Positions 39,978 to 48,910 of a stretch of DNA of 64,000 nt are shown here, piece by piece. Position 1 is the first letter of the stretch. Each line of letters opens with the position of its first letter. The position numbers were made by a program, and so were the translations under genes. The stretch comes from an uncultured Actinomycetes bacterium (GTDB lineage: Bacteria > Actinomycetota > Thermoleophilia > RBG-16-64-13): assembly GCA_963841735.1 (NCBI GenBank), contig CAWJDT010000001.1, positions 1,568,001-1,632,000 of the forward strand, read 5' to 3'. The notes below the pieces were generated by a model, which was not told the DNA's origin, ran no database searches, and worked only from the letters and a program-made list of their open reading frames with translations.

Positions 39978-42272
39978 ATGCCGAGACTAAGAACGTTGAG
40001 TTTCGCAGTTTTTGCGGTGCTCATCGTATGCGCGGCGGTCCTGTTGGGCACGCTCTCGCCAGCCACCGCCACCACAGAAGAACCCGGGCAAGGGCGGGAC
40101 GGTACGGTGACGGCCGAACAGGCTCCGACCACGCCCCAAGCCGCCCGAGTGAAGGAACTGGTAGAACTCCGGACGGATAGATCAAAGATCTTTGAACTGG
40201 CCGACGGTCAGCGCGAATGGGTGGGGTACGTCGAGGCGGTTCACTACAAAGATGCAGGCGGAGCATTCAAGGAGATAGACAATGGCATCGTCAGTGAGAA
40301 CAAGCAGGTCGACGGCGTCGATTGGGCCTACCGGAATGCTGCGAACGCCTATACAGTGAGATTCGCGCTGAATGGCGATGCGTCGCACCTTGTGAGTATC
40401 GAAGCACAGGGCAAGTCGATTTCCTTTGGTCCTCTCGGGACCCGAACGTCGGATGTGGCAAAGACAGCGGAGTTGGCCAGTAAGGTGCTGTCAGAGGAAA
40501 CGTACGGCGAGAGCGTGATCACGTATCGAGACTCCCTCCCGGGGATCGATCTCGTTTACCAGCCCCGGACCTACGGCGTCAAGGAATACATCGTCCTAAG
40601 ACAACCAGGAACCCAAGACGAGTATACCTTCAACCTGATTCTGAAAGGCCTGAGCGTGAAACAGGCCGACGGACAAGTGTCTTTCGTCGATAGCGAGGGC
40701 AAGACAGTCTTTGTGTTGGGTGACCCGGTGGCTTTCGACGACGCTGAGGCTTGGACGAACGACGTGACCTACCGTGTGGAGGAGAGCGGGGGCACCTGCC
40801 AAGTCACCATCATCATGCCGCGCGCGTATCTGGACGACCCTGCCCGGGTGTACCCGGTGGTGATCGACCCTGAGATCATGTACCCGTCGCCCACCGCAGA
40901 TACCTACGTTGCCTCGAATCCAAACTACGATGATACGAACTTCTCCAGTTCGTCGTACCTGCGGACCGGTCGGGATACCCCCTACTCAATCAGAAGGAGT
41001 TTCCTCAAGTTCGACCAGGTGGACAACCTGCCAATAAGCGGCGACCAAGTCACGGACGCTTACATAAGGATCCAAGAATACAGCCGGGGTACCAGCGCTC
41101 CTACCATCAACGCTTGGTATTCCTTGGTCCCCTATGCCATCACGACCATGACCTGGAATGGGACGGCACCTGGCACCCCGACGCCTCACTGGGACGGCGG
41201 TTCGACTGACGACTTTGGGAGTCCGCAGTCTACTCTAGGGAGCCAGAGTGGGACCTGGTGGACAATGCATGTCACGACGCCGGTCCAGTACTGGCTCAAC
41301 GGGACCTATCCCAACCACGGCTGGATGATAAAGGACACGACCGAGAACAACACGAGTCACTGGACCACGTTCTACGCCTCAAATGCCGGGTCTCCCCATA
41401 TGCCCGAACTGCATGTCGTGTACACGCCATCAGTTTACCCCAGCACATACCTGGCCTCTCTCCATTTCGATGGGCCGGACTGGGGGGACGGGGGGGAAAA
41501 GACATTCCCCATGCAGGGGAGTGGGACAGTGGGCACCGATGCATATCCGCGGCTGATCAAGACTGACGTCGACTACAACGGTGATGGCTACGTGGACGTC
41601 GAGGAAGCCATACAAATGTACGTGCCATGGGCGACAGGTTCAGGCATATATGGAACTACCAGAGATGGGCACACTATCTCGCAGTATGCGACCGTCAAGG
41701 CTGATCAGAGACCAGCTGTCTACTGGCAACAGAGGGCTGTGACGGCCGCCGGCCCATCGTGGACGGTGTATCAGTATTGGCTCTACTATCCTGATAACGA
41801 CTGGGCAAACAACCACGAACACGACTGGGAACACTACGATTTGTATTTCTGCAACGGCGTTCTCCATTCCACGAAAGTCAGTTGGCACAACACCAGCTTC
41901 CAGGATCACTGGTCCGACTGGGTCCTGAACGGACTGGTGGAAGATGGCACTCATCTCAAGCTCAGTGTTCAGGGTGGTTCGCACGGGATCACCGGTGCTG
42001 GCGGCGGGCTTGAGGATGGTGTCGAAATCAAGTGGACGGGCGCCGTCTACTCGCACGGCGCACGGCTCGACATGGTGGGCACGGGGGGCTGGAGGATCTT
42101 CTCCAACGACTGGTTCGCGGGAGGCATAACGGGATACTCGGAGGCAGGGTCGCACTACAACTCCTCCTACTACTACTACGACGACCCGCTGTACGGCGGT
42201 GGCGAGTGGCTCAGTGGCAATCTTGCCCCGTGGCTGCGTCCGACATACCTGGTGCCGGATGACCCGATTTGA
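39978..42272 (+). CDS. Secreted DNRLRE-like scaffold protein with a C-terminal NPP1/Vps62-like domain
   Basis: N-terminus clearly homologous to 2184-3593; C-terminal YQYWLYYPDN..NHEHDWEH...SWH...GSHG. Confidence 0.8.
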   Translation: MPRLRTLSFAVFAVLIVCAAVLLGTLSPATATTEEPGQGRDGTVTAEQAPTTPQAARVKELVELRTDRSKIFELADGQREWVGYVEAVHYKDAGGAFKEIDNGIVSENKQVDGVDWAYRNAANAYTVRFALNGDASHLVSIEAQGKSISFGPLGTRTSDVAKTAELASKVLSEETYGESVITYRDSLPGIDLVYQPRTYGVKEYIVLRQPGTQDEYTFNLILKGLSVKQADGQVSFVDSEGKTVFVLGDPVAFDDAEAWTNDVTYRVEESGGTCQVTIIMPRAYLDDPARVYPVVIDPEIMYPSPTADTYVASNPNYDDTNFSSSSYLRTGRDTPYSIRRSFLKFDQVDNLPISGDQVTDAYIRIQEYSRGTSAPTINAWYSLVPYAITTMTWNGTAPGTPTPHWDGGSTDDFGSPQSTLGSQSGTWWTMHVTTPVQYWLNGTYPNHGWMIKDTTENNTSHWTTFYASNAGSPHMPELHVVYTPSVYPSTYLASLHFDGPDWGDGGEKTFPMQGSGTVGTDAYPRLIKTDVDYNGDGYVDVEEAIQMYVPWATGSGIYGTTRDGHTISQYATVKADQRPAVYWQQRAVTAAGPSWTVYQYWLYYPDNDWANNHEHDWEHYDLYFCNGVLHSTKVSWHNTSFQDHWSDWVLNGLVEDGTHLKLSVQGGSHGITGAGGGLEDGVEIKWTGAVYSHGARLDMVGTGGWRIFSNDWFAGGITGYSEAGSHYNSSYYYYDDPLYGGGEWLSGNLAPWLRPTYLVPDDPI

Positions 42273-42367
42273 TGTGCGCCTTGTAGGCGGTGCGGATGCC
42301 GGTGCGCTGCGCGCCGGCATCCGCCGACAGGGACCTCTCTGGGACGCCCAAGTAGGTGGTCTTTCGC

Positions 42368-42754
42368 ATGGCACCTGAAGTCCACACTCCTAGGACTCCC
42401 AGCAGGATCTGGCTGGGTCGCGCTGGAGTCTTGAGCGGTGGCATCCTGCTGCCGCCGGTGCTGGTTGGGCTGAGCTGGTGGGTGGCGGGCGAGGGCTATG
42501 GCTCGCTCGCCACCATTCGTTCCGTGGCCGTGATCGGACCGGTTGTGGCCTTCTTTCACCGCGTGTTCGTATCGCTCTACTTTCCGCCCTTCTTGGTCAC
42601 GGGTTCCGTGGCTCCGGCATTCGCACTGCTTGGGCTGTACCTGCTCTTCGCCGTCGTCTACCTGGCCCGTCGTCGATGGGTGTGTGCCGGGGTCTTGTTG
42701 GTAGTCCCCATAGTGTGCACGTGGATCTTCAGCGCGGCCCTACTGGGTGACTAG
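42368..42754 (+). CDS. Small multi-TM protein (candidate immunity partner)
   Basis: AGGTGGT SD; 3-4 hydrophobic helices; follows the effector-like gene. Confidence 0.65.
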   Translation: MAPEVHTPRTPSRIWLGRAGVLSGGILLPPVLVGLSWWVAGEGYGSLATIRSVAVIGPVVAFFHRVFVSLYFPPFLVTGSVAPAFALLGLYLLFAVVYLARRRWVCAGVLLVVPIVCTWIFSAALLGD

Positions 42755-43081
42755 AGGCTGGTTTCAGCCGCCTCACTGATACCAGGCGGCGGCCGCGAGG
42801 GCGACAAGTGAGGCGTGCCGACTAGTTCCGTGGCCCACCCAAAGGACACGGACTGTCGACGGGATCGCTGCGGAGTCTAGCGCCACCGCGAAGGCAGCGA
42901 GGCCAAGAAGGGGAAGCGAAGGCGAGCCCCAAGGGGCGCGAAGCCCATCCGAAAGAAGCCCATCCCAAGGGGGGCCGGATCCGAGATACAAGACAGGCGC
43001 TGCTAGGTGTCGATCGCGCGGTGTCGCGACACGTACTCGTGCAGAAGAGCGTTTGCCGCGAGAGCGACACCTAGCAGCGCC
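42755..43081. repeat. 327-bp structured non-coding element, copy 2
   Basis: Same sequence as 37171-37497, offset 5584 bp. Confidence 0.9.
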
Positions 43082-43843
43082 CTACTCTACGAAGCCCTCT
43101 ATAACGTAAGTCCCCCCCGCCTTCTTCTCCCGATGCAAGGTTATGAGCCGCCCCTTCTCGGCATCCTGGAGCAGGCTGCTGAAGCTGCGGTACCCGTAGG
43201 CCGACTCGTTGAACGAGGGACGCTTGCGCTGCATGGTGTCCTTGACCATGGAGGCGAAGATGGGGTCCTTGTTCTCGCGGATGAGGGCGGCGATGGACTC
43301 CAACAGCAGGTCGAAGACCTCTTTCTTCTCCTCGGGGATGTCCCTCACCTGCGGGCTCGGAGGTGCCGGCGCAGCCTGCTTCTCGAGATCCTCATAGAAG
43401 ATGAACTCGTCGCAGTTGTCGACAAGCAGGGCGGAGGTCGATTCCCTCATGCCTATGCCGATGACGTGCTTGCCGTTCTCTTTGAGCTTCGATACCAGGG
43501 GCGAGAAGTCGGAGTCGCCCGACACGACCACAAAGGTGTCGACGTGCTGCTTCGACCAGGACAGGTCCATGGCGTCCACGGCCAGCCGGATGTCGGCTGA
43601 ATTCTTGCCGGTCATGACGCGCCGCGGGATCTCGATGAGCTCGATGGCATTCTCGTGCAGCGGCCGAGTGTACTGCTTGTACTCGTTCCAATCGGCGTAG
43701 GCCTTTTTGACGATGACCTTGCCCTTCTCGACGAGGCGTTCGAGGATCTTGTGGATGTCGAACTCACCGCGCCTGTGCTTGAAGCCTATGGCGAGGTTCT
43801 CAAAGTCGATGAAGACGGCCAGGGTACGTTCGTGCTCGGCCAT
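43082..43843 (-). CDS. NYN (LabA/DUF88) domain protein, copy 2 (native SD GGAAGGAG)
   Basis: 253 aa, near-identical to copy 1 with many synonymous changes. Confidence 0.92.
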   Translation of the reverse strand: MAEHERTLAVFIDFENLAIGFKHRRGEFDIHKILERLVEKGKVIVKKAYADWNEYKQYTRPLHENAIELIEIPRRVMTGKNSADIRLAVDAMDLSWSKQHVDTFVVVSGDSDFSPLVSKLKENGKHVIGIGMRESTSALLVDNCDEFIFYEDLEKQAAPAPPSPQVRDIPEEKKEVFDLLLESIAALIRENKDPIFASMVKDTMQRKRPSFNESAYGYRSFSSLLQDAEKGRLITLHREKKAGGTYVIEGFVE

Positions 43844-44078
43844 ATGGTGTCGGTGCTCCTTCCCCTAAAACATTGGCACCAGGATTTGTCTCTATGGGTG
43901 AATTCTTGCACGTTTGCTCTATTCCTGTAGTGCGGGGGGCGCGGCGGGGGAGATGGAGCGGACGAGCGCGGATCCTCATCGTTGTAGCGGTATAGTATTG
44001 TCAGGTCGGACGGCAGCTGTGGCGGCCGGACCGGCTGACATACCTGCGGTCATCTGTCATCTGTTTGGGGAGGGCGAC

Positions 44079-45245
44079 ATGAATCGACCAACGAACCATC
44101 TTCCGAGACTCCCGCTTGCCCTGGTCCTGGTGCTGGTTTTGGCTGCGGCGTTGGGCCTCGGATGTGCCAAGGCTAAGGTGTCGGGCGACGCGGATACGTC
44201 GCTCACGCCCTCGTCCGAGCAGAATGCAGCTCACCCAGCACCCACGACCGCGACCAGCGTAGGCGAATGGGCGCCCATAGACCAGGCACCTGTTTTCACG
44301 GGGATTGAGGCGGTGCCCGCGGGATACGCCGTTCGCGTGGAAAGCACTTCTTCCGACGGGACCGTGAGCCGGTCTTTGGTGGTGCCTGCGACCGGCAGCT
44401 TCCGACTCGAGTTGACCACCGATGCTGGTCCGACGGCCGCCAGTTGCGACGTGGTCGTGAACGGTGTTCACTACGGGTTCATCCCTGGCGACGGAGTGGT
44501 GGAGTCACGAGCCTCCGGGGCCGGCCCGCGTCTCGATCAGGCCTATGGCACCACCGGCCTGGACCTCATACCAGCGGATGCCGCGTGGTCCATGCGCGAC
44601 GACTCGTACCAGGCGTCTTTCACTTACCAGAGCAACTATGGCGGCGCCGATGTTGCGGTTGAAATGGTCTACGAAGCCGAACAGGACCCGGCGACCGGCA
44701 TACTCCTACGAGAGCTGCTGTCGTACCCGGACGGGACGGAGGAGACTGGGCGGGAGTTGGTCCCGCTGGCGGACGTGGAGGCGCTCAGCGCGGACACGAT
44801 CTACGAGTACGCCGCGCAGAGCTGGAGCCAGGCAGTAGAAGCTCTCCGCCAACTGCCATATGAAGCGGTGGGGTTGGATCTCCCTGGACTGGTCGCCTCG
44901 ACCATCTTGGTGTTTACCTCCGACTCCGGCTCACGCTATGCGACCATCGGCTACTCGCTTGCCTCTTCTCCCACTCCCCACCCCAGTGTGGCCCAGATTG
45001 ACCTGTTCACGTATGGCCCGGATACCCCCCCTCTCGCCTCAGACCCGGCCGAGGGCTACGGTGCTTTTCGGCGCGGCGACGCCATGGTACGGGTCGGTGT
45101 GCCGGGTCAGCAGTACGCTGTCGGCGGGCTGGACCTCTCGCTCGACAGATTGACCGCGGCGCTGGTGCCCATCTCTGAACTATCCGACGAGTACTTCCCG
45201 CTTCCGGTCTCGTATACTCCCGCAGGGGCGACGAAGCTCCAGTAG
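44079..45245 (+). CDS. Lipoprotein, hypothetical
   Basis: Lipobox GLGC; GGAGG SD. Confidence 0.7.
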   Translation: MNRPTNHLPRLPLALVLVLVLAAALGLGCAKAKVSGDADTSLTPSSEQNAAHPAPTTATSVGEWAPIDQAPVFTGIEAVPAGYAVRVESTSSDGTVSRSLVVPATGSFRLELTTDAGPTAASCDVVVNGVHYGFIPGDGVVESRASGAGPRLDQAYGTTGLDLIPADAAWSMRDDSYQASFTYQSNYGGADVAVEMVYEAEQDPATGILLRELLSYPDGTEETGRELVPLADVEALSADTIYEYAAQSWSQAVEALRQLPYEAVGLDLPGLVASTILVFTSDSGSRYATIGYSLASSPTPHPSVAQIDLFTYGPDTPPLASDPAEGYGAFRRGDAMVRVGVPGQQYAVGGLDLSLDRLTAALVPISELSDEYFPLPVSYTPAGATKLQ

Positions 45246-45280
45246 AGTTCCGGTAGACGAGACTCAGGCGAGGAGGGGAT

Positions 45281-46024
45281 ATGTCGGGCGCGGAGTTCTG
45301 GTCGCACTGGGCTTGGCCACTGGCGGCCGGTTGTCTGGGCGCGGTGTTCACGGGCCTGGTGGCTTGGCAGTGGTGGCGCCGGCGGCGTGCGCAGCAGGCG
45401 GCCTGGGCGGCAGGCATGCTCCTCTACACGGTCGCTGCTTTCATGGAGGCTCGGTCGGAACATGCGGGCGCCTGGAACCCCACTGTCTATCGCATTTACA
45501 TCGTGCTGGCCGCGACCCTGGTCGGCTTTCTGGGCCTGGGCACGCTCTACCTCATTGCACGAGGGCGGCTGTGGGGCCACCTGTACCTGGTGCTTCTGTT
45601 GCTCTGCATGGCGGCCTTCTTCTATGGGACCTTCACCGTCACTCTGGTCAGCGAGAAACTGGTTCCGGGTATCACGGTAGGCGGTCAAGCCCTGGGCGCC
45701 AGCCTCTCCTTTCCCCGGGTGATGTCGCTGCCCGTGAACATCACCGGCTCCCTGTTGCTCTTCGGCGGCGCGCTCTATTCCATCTGGCGGTTCCTGCGCA
45801 AGCGGGAGTTCGCCTATCGCATGTGGGCCAACGTGCTCATAGCCGCGGGTGCTGTTTTGCTGGCCGTCGTGGGATCGCGGGCGCGGCTGGGCAGCACGGC
45901 CGGGCTCTACCCGGCGGAGATGGTGGGCGCGGCGCTCATGCTGGCAGGCTTCCTCATGGCGGGCACTCTGGAGAAGGGTAGACGGGCCATGAGAGCGCGC
46001 CGGGACGCTGAACCTGAGGCTTAG
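45281..46024 (+). CDS. 7-TM membrane protein
   Basis: Hydrophobic helices; strong SD. Confidence 0.75.
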   Translation: MSGAEFWSHWAWPLAAGCLGAVFTGLVAWQWWRRRRAQQAAWAAGMLLYTVAAFMEARSEHAGAWNPTVYRIYIVLAATLVGFLGLGTLYLIARGRLWGHLYLVLLLLCMAAFFYGTFTVTLVSEKLVPGITVGGQALGASLSFPRVMSLPVNITGSLLLFGGALYSIWRFLRKREFAYRMWANVLIAAGAVLLAVVGSRARLGSTAGLYPAEMVGAALMLAGFLMAGTLEKGRRAMRARRDAEPEA

Positions 46025-46053
46025 CCTCTTACACACTCGGGGGCGGTGACCAA

Positions 46054-46620
46054 ATGATAGTCGACGGCACCGTGATGTGGGCAGCGTGGCTGCCCGTCGC
46101 CGCGTTGGTGCTCTGGCTTGAGATAAGGCGCCGCGCGGGTGTGTGGCACACGCTGGGCATACTCGCCCTCACCACCTACGCCTTCTGGATCGCCTCTGTG
46201 GCGTTCTTTCCCATGCCCGTCGGGATACCGCCGATCCCGGGAGACGGTCGTGTTGGCTGGCTCAGGCTTAATCTGGCGCCGTTTCGGGAGGTGTCGCGCA
46301 CTTTTCACCATCAGAGTTGGCACCAGATCGTCCGCGTGTTCGGAGGCAACCTCCTTCTGTTGGTGCCCTTCACCTTGCTTGGGCCGGCGCTGTGGCCGCG
46401 ACTGCGGGCGTGGAGGTGGGCACTGGCCATGGGGGTGGGGTTGTCGGCCTCGATAGAGCTGCTGCAGCTGGCGCTCTGCGCTCTGGTCCAGGACCCCTAT
46501 CGCTCGGTGGACATCGACGACGTCATCGTCAACACGGTCGGAGCGCTGCTGGGCTATACGCTGTTTGTGGGAGGGCGCCGGTTGCTGCGCCGCTGGTCGG
46601 TGCGGAGGCGTCTGCTTTGA
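46054..46620 (+). CDS. VanZ-family protein
   Basis: NLAPF, GNLLLLVPF, IELLQ, DIDDVIVNTVG. Confidence 0.88.
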   Translation: MIVDGTVMWAAWLPVAALVLWLEIRRRAGVWHTLGILALTTYAFWIASVAFFPMPVGIPPIPGDGRVGWLRLNLAPFREVSRTFHHQSWHQIVRVFGGNLLLLVPFTLLGPALWPRLRAWRWALAMGVGLSASIELLQLALCALVQDPYRSVDIDDVIVNTVGALLGYTLFVGGRRLLRRWSVRRRLL

Positions 46621-46746
46621 CGGCGCTCGCGCCGCGGCTGGGGCTCTTGTAATCTTGTTTATGATCGGGTTCCAGCTCTGGTACGTGCCCAAGCAAGGGA
46701 GAGCTTTCTGGACGCTGTTCTGCTCATAGTTTGCGTTCTTGCCTAC

Positions 46747-48525
46747 ATGGGCTATCTCGCGGTGAGGCTCTCACGGCGGTTGAGGGTGCCGGTGGTCACT
46801 TCCTTCATGCTGCTGGGGATTCTTGCTGGTCCCGAGGGACTGAACCTTGTCAACTCGTCGGCGCTGCATTCTCTGCGGGTCGTCGAGCCGGTCGCTCTAG
46901 GCATGATCACCTTTGCCGCGGGTGAGCAGCTCTTCTTCGGTGACCTACGGTGGCTATCTCGCCGCAGTTACGCGGTGGTGGCGTTGGAGACCGTCTTGCC
47001 CGTGCTGCTGGTGGGGATGGGTGCTTGGTTGGTGACCGGCCGGCTTGAGGTGGCCCTTCCGGTGGCCGCCATCGCGGGAACGACCGGACTGGCAACGGTA
47101 ATGAGCACTCTTCGGGAGAGCGGGGCCAAAGGCGACTACGCCAAGTTGCTCGGCTTCTCCATTGCCAGCGACAATTTCTTTGCCATTCTGGCCTTCTCCC
47201 TGGTGCTCCCCTTGGCGGTCGGCATCGAGACAGGGAAGGCTATCGGGGGTCTCTACGCCGACCGGCTGATCGGCATGGTCGCCTCGGTGGCTATCGGTTT
47301 TGTGGCGGGCATCGTGATTTCGCGGCTCGTTAGGCAGGTGCGTTCGTCGCAGGAGCTGTCGATGCTGGTGCTGGCGCACGTGCTGTTGGTGGTTGGCGTG
47401 ACCGAGTACCTCGGCTATTCCGTCCTTCTGGCTGGGTTGGCCATGGGGACGACGGCGGTCAACATGACTAGGAAGGTGCGCGATCGCGAAAGGGCGTTCG
47501 CGGCCATGGTATCGATCGAGTTCCCTGTGGTGGCGATTTTCTTTCTCTGGGCTGGAGCGAGCCTTCATGTCCGCGCTCTGGGAAGCATCGGGGTGCTCTT
47601 TGCTGTATACGTCGGAGCTAGAGTAATCGGCAAGCTGGCCGGCCCTCTCTTGACCGCCTGGGCGGTGCGCGGAGACAGCGAACAGTCCCGCCGCTTCGTC
47701 GGATTGGGCGTGAGCCTGCTGCCTCAGGCTGGTGCCGCGGTGGGCTTGGGCATCCTGGCCCAAGAGACCCTTCCGAAGAGTGGAGAGACGATTCTCGCGG
47801 CCGTGCTTGCCGCGGTTGTGGTGTTCGAGGTGATAGGGCCGCTCGGAGTGCACTGGGCCGCAAAGCATGTCGGCGAGGCCAAGGCGGTTCCGGATGGCCA
47901 ACCCCTGACTTTGGATGAGGCGATCGGCGAGTTGCAGAATCGTCGTGCTCGGGTGGCCGCACTGGTGGGAACCGGCGCAGAAGCGTCGATGTTGCGCGCG
48001 CCGCGCATGCTGGCGGTCCGGCTGGGCGCAGATCTGCTTGTCGTGCCGGTTAGCGACACCTCCGCTTCGAGCCGAGACCCGTCACTTTGGGGATTCTCTG
48101 CCGACCAAGACCCTGACGGCGTATGCCGGAATGACGAGTCCAAGTTCGAGGGGTGTCGGGAGACCGTGATCGACGCTGTCTCGGCTGGGCGCCGCTCGGC
48201 CGACCAGTTGATGTCGATCTTGACGGACTACTCGCCTGACGTCATTCTGCTCGCGTCGGAGGGTCTGCCGTCCTGCGTGCTCGAGATTGCTGAGGACTTG
48301 TCACGACGGCTTGATTGCCCGGTGCTGAGGGTGCCCATGCCCGGCGCGGCCCAGGATGGGCGCTCCTGGCCGGTGAGGCGGGTGGCGCAGGCTCTCGGTC
48401 GCTCGCGGTCGCTATGGCGTGGGTCGAGGGAGTGGTGGTCCGGCAGAGAAGCCGCCGGCACCCGTCCGCTCGCGGAGACCGAGGTCCTCAAGGCTGCGCG
48501 GGCCACCGCAGACGAAGACGCGTAG
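46747..48525 (+). CDS. Cation:proton antiporter (CPA2) with a USP-like tail
   Basis: GILAGP, LLPQAGAAVGL; start uncertain. Confidence 0.82.
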   Translation: MGYLAVRLSRRLRVPVVTSFMLLGILAGPEGLNLVNSSALHSLRVVEPVALGMITFAAGEQLFFGDLRWLSRRSYAVVALETVLPVLLVGMGAWLVTGRLEVALPVAAIAGTTGLATVMSTLRESGAKGDYAKLLGFSIASDNFFAILAFSLVLPLAVGIETGKAIGGLYADRLIGMVASVAIGFVAGIVISRLVRQVRSSQELSMLVLAHVLLVVGVTEYLGYSVLLAGLAMGTTAVNMTRKVRDRERAFAAMVSIEFPVVAIFFLWAGASLHVRALGSIGVLFAVYVGARVIGKLAGPLLTAWAVRGDSEQSRRFVGLGVSLLPQAGAAVGLGILAQETLPKSGETILAAVLAAVVVFEVIGPLGVHWAAKHVGEAKAVPDGQPLTLDEAIGELQNRRARVAALVGTGAEASMLRAPRMLAVRLGADLLVVPVSDTSASSRDPSLWGFSADQDPDGVCRNDESKFEGCRETVIDAVSAGRRSADQLMSILTDYSPDVILLASEGLPSCVLEIAEDLSRRLDCPVLRVPMPGAAQDGRSWPVRRVAQALGRSRSLWRGSREWWSGREAAGTRPLAETEVLKAARATADEDA

Positions 48526-48547
48526 CGGCACGGGAGCGCTTCGCCGC

Positions 48548-48889
48548 CTAGGTAAGGGCACCCTCGCCCGTCTCTCCTGTGCGGATACGGATGCACTCCT
48601 GCATGTCGAGCACGAAGATCTTGCCGTCGCCGATTTTGCCGCTGTAGGCGCCGAGCTTGATGGCCTCGATGGCCTGTTGCACCCTGTCGGCCTGGATGCC
48701 TATTTCGATCTTGATCTTACGTAGAAGGTTGCCCGTCTGAACCTGGCTCCGGTAGACCTCAGCCACGCCCTTCTGCCTGCCTCTACCCAGCACCTCCGAG
48801 ACGGTCATGACGTGGATATCCTGCTCGGCAAGGGCCTCCACTACGCTTTCCAACCGGTCGGGCTGGATCACGGCGATTATGTATTTCAA
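48548..48889 (-). CDS. glnK: P-II nitrogen regulator
   Basis: GRGRQKG, GKIGDGKIFV, RIRTGE; downstream of amtB. Confidence 0.93.
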   Translation of the reverse strand: MKYIIAVIQPDRLESVVEALAEQDIHVMTVSEVLGRGRQKGVAEVYRSQVQTGNLLRKIKIEIGIQADRVQQAIEAIKLGAYSGKIGDGKIFVLDMQECIRIRTGETGEGALT

Positions 48890-48910
48890 AGTCTGTCTCC
48901 TATCTTTGCG

